This document shows positions 62,990 to 64,000 of a stretch of DNA of 64,000 bases, piece by piece. The stretch is from Camelus dromedarius. Its lineage: Eukaryota. Made by a program: the position numbers and the translations under genes. The stretch lies in assembly GCF_036321535.1 (NCBI RefSeq), contig NC_087438.1:1552001-1616000 (forward strand), read 5' to 3'. Position 1 is the first letter of the stretch. Each line of letters starts with the position of its first letter. The notes beneath the pieces are model-generated. The model ran no database searches. It was not told where the DNA came from and worked only from the letters and a program-made list of their open reading frames with translations.

Positions 62990-64000
62990 GCCCTGGGGCT
63001 TGTCAGGGAGATATGTGATTCCCCAAGAGTTGATGGATTACAGTGACGGATTTTCAATGTTAATCAGCTCTGCTTTTCTGGGATAAAACCTACCAAAGCA
63101 TCATTTACGCTGCTGGATTCAATTTGCCAATTATTTACAAGGGACTAGTTTTAAGAGGAATAACATTTTGTTTGTTTGTTTGTTTTTGCAAAATCTTTCT
63201 CAGATTTTGATTTTAGGCTACTGTTAGCTTCACCAAGTGAGTTGGGATGTGTCTTTTCTCTGTTCCCTGTCTTTGTATGAAATTGGCACTCTAGTTTCAT
63301 TCTTTGGTAAAATCTACCAGCGGCATAATGTGGATCTGGAGTATTCTTCGTGCAAAAGATTTTTATTAAAAATTAAATTTCTCTAATGGCTCTAGGGCTA
63401 TTCATAGTTTCTATTTCCTCATGAGTCAGTTTTGGTGAGCTGAGTTTTTCTAGGAATTAGTCCATTTCCTCTGTACTGTAAAATCGATGGCCGTGTGAGA
63501 GGGTCACGCACACAGGCAGACCTCATTTCATTGCACTTTGCTTTCTTTAGCTCCACAGGTACCGTACTTTTCACATGGTGAAGGTCTGCAGCAGCCCTGT
63601 GTCAGGCGAGCCTCTTGGTGCCATTTTTCCAACAGTATTTCTCACTTTGTGTTTCTATGTTACATTTTGGTAACCCTTATATTTCAAATCCTCTACCAGC
63701 AAAATGATTATAACTGACTGAAGGCTCAGATAATGGTTTGTATTTTTTAGTAATAAATTATTTTTAAATTCAGATATGCACCTTGTTTGTAGACACAATG
63801 CTATTGCGCACTTAACAGACTACAGTAGAGTGTAAACATCACTTTTCTATGCACTGGGAAGCCAAAACTGTCTTGTGACCCGTTTTATTGTGACAGTCAC
63901 TTTCTTGTGGTCATCTGGAGCCAAACCTGCACCGGCGCTCAGGTCTGCCTGTACACATCCTGGAAATGTTGAAAGGCTATTATGTATCAGCTGAATCTTA
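62990..64000 (-). mobile_element. L1 ORF2 fragment interrupted by a Tigger MITE
   Basis: ctgggataaaacctac...gctgctggattcaatttgccaa...gttagcttcaccaagtgagttggg...tttggtaaaatctaccag...gggctattcatagtttctatttcctc...tttctaggaattagtccatttc. Confidence 0.8.
63513..63951 (+). mobile_element. Non-autonomous Tigger1 internal-deletion derivative (Tigger1a_Art-like MITE)
   Basis: Perfect 11-bp TIRs caggcagacct/aggtctgcctg; flanks ca/ta (TA TSD with one change); the left ~180 bp and right ~260 bp match the two ends of the Tigger1 at 15595-17925. Confidence 0.88.

Overview
Mammalian nuclear DNA, GC- and CpG-rich in patches. It is probably camelid, judged from a tRNA-headed SINE at 55030-55135 and a camelid-type L1 3' tip; both were recalled, not searched. 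I found no credible protein-coding exon, RNA gene or CRISPR array, so the window reads as intergenic or deep intronic sequence. Much of it is transposable-element fossils: many L1 pieces (one near-complete L1 interrupted by a near full-length Tigger1), L2, a CR1/L3 RT remnant, MaLR/ERVL/ERV1 solo LTRs and a Tigger1-derived MITE. There are also minisatellites and a 1.7 kb (CCAT)n array with a ~680 bp higher-order duplication. The most interesting signal is that several CpG-island-like peaks (1600-2500, 30980-31170, 53180-53320, 34005-34150) appear to be AT-rich L1/SINE fossils rewritten by mainly A/T->G/C substitutions. This suggests strong local GC-biased gene conversion, and an embedded SINE would date part of it to the camelid lineage. 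Several AT-rich non-repeat islands with clustered homeodomain/Pbx-Hox/Meis/Sox/POU motifs are candidate developmental enhancers. All repeat calls come from visual recall of consensus sequences, so boundaries are approximate and subfamily names tentative.
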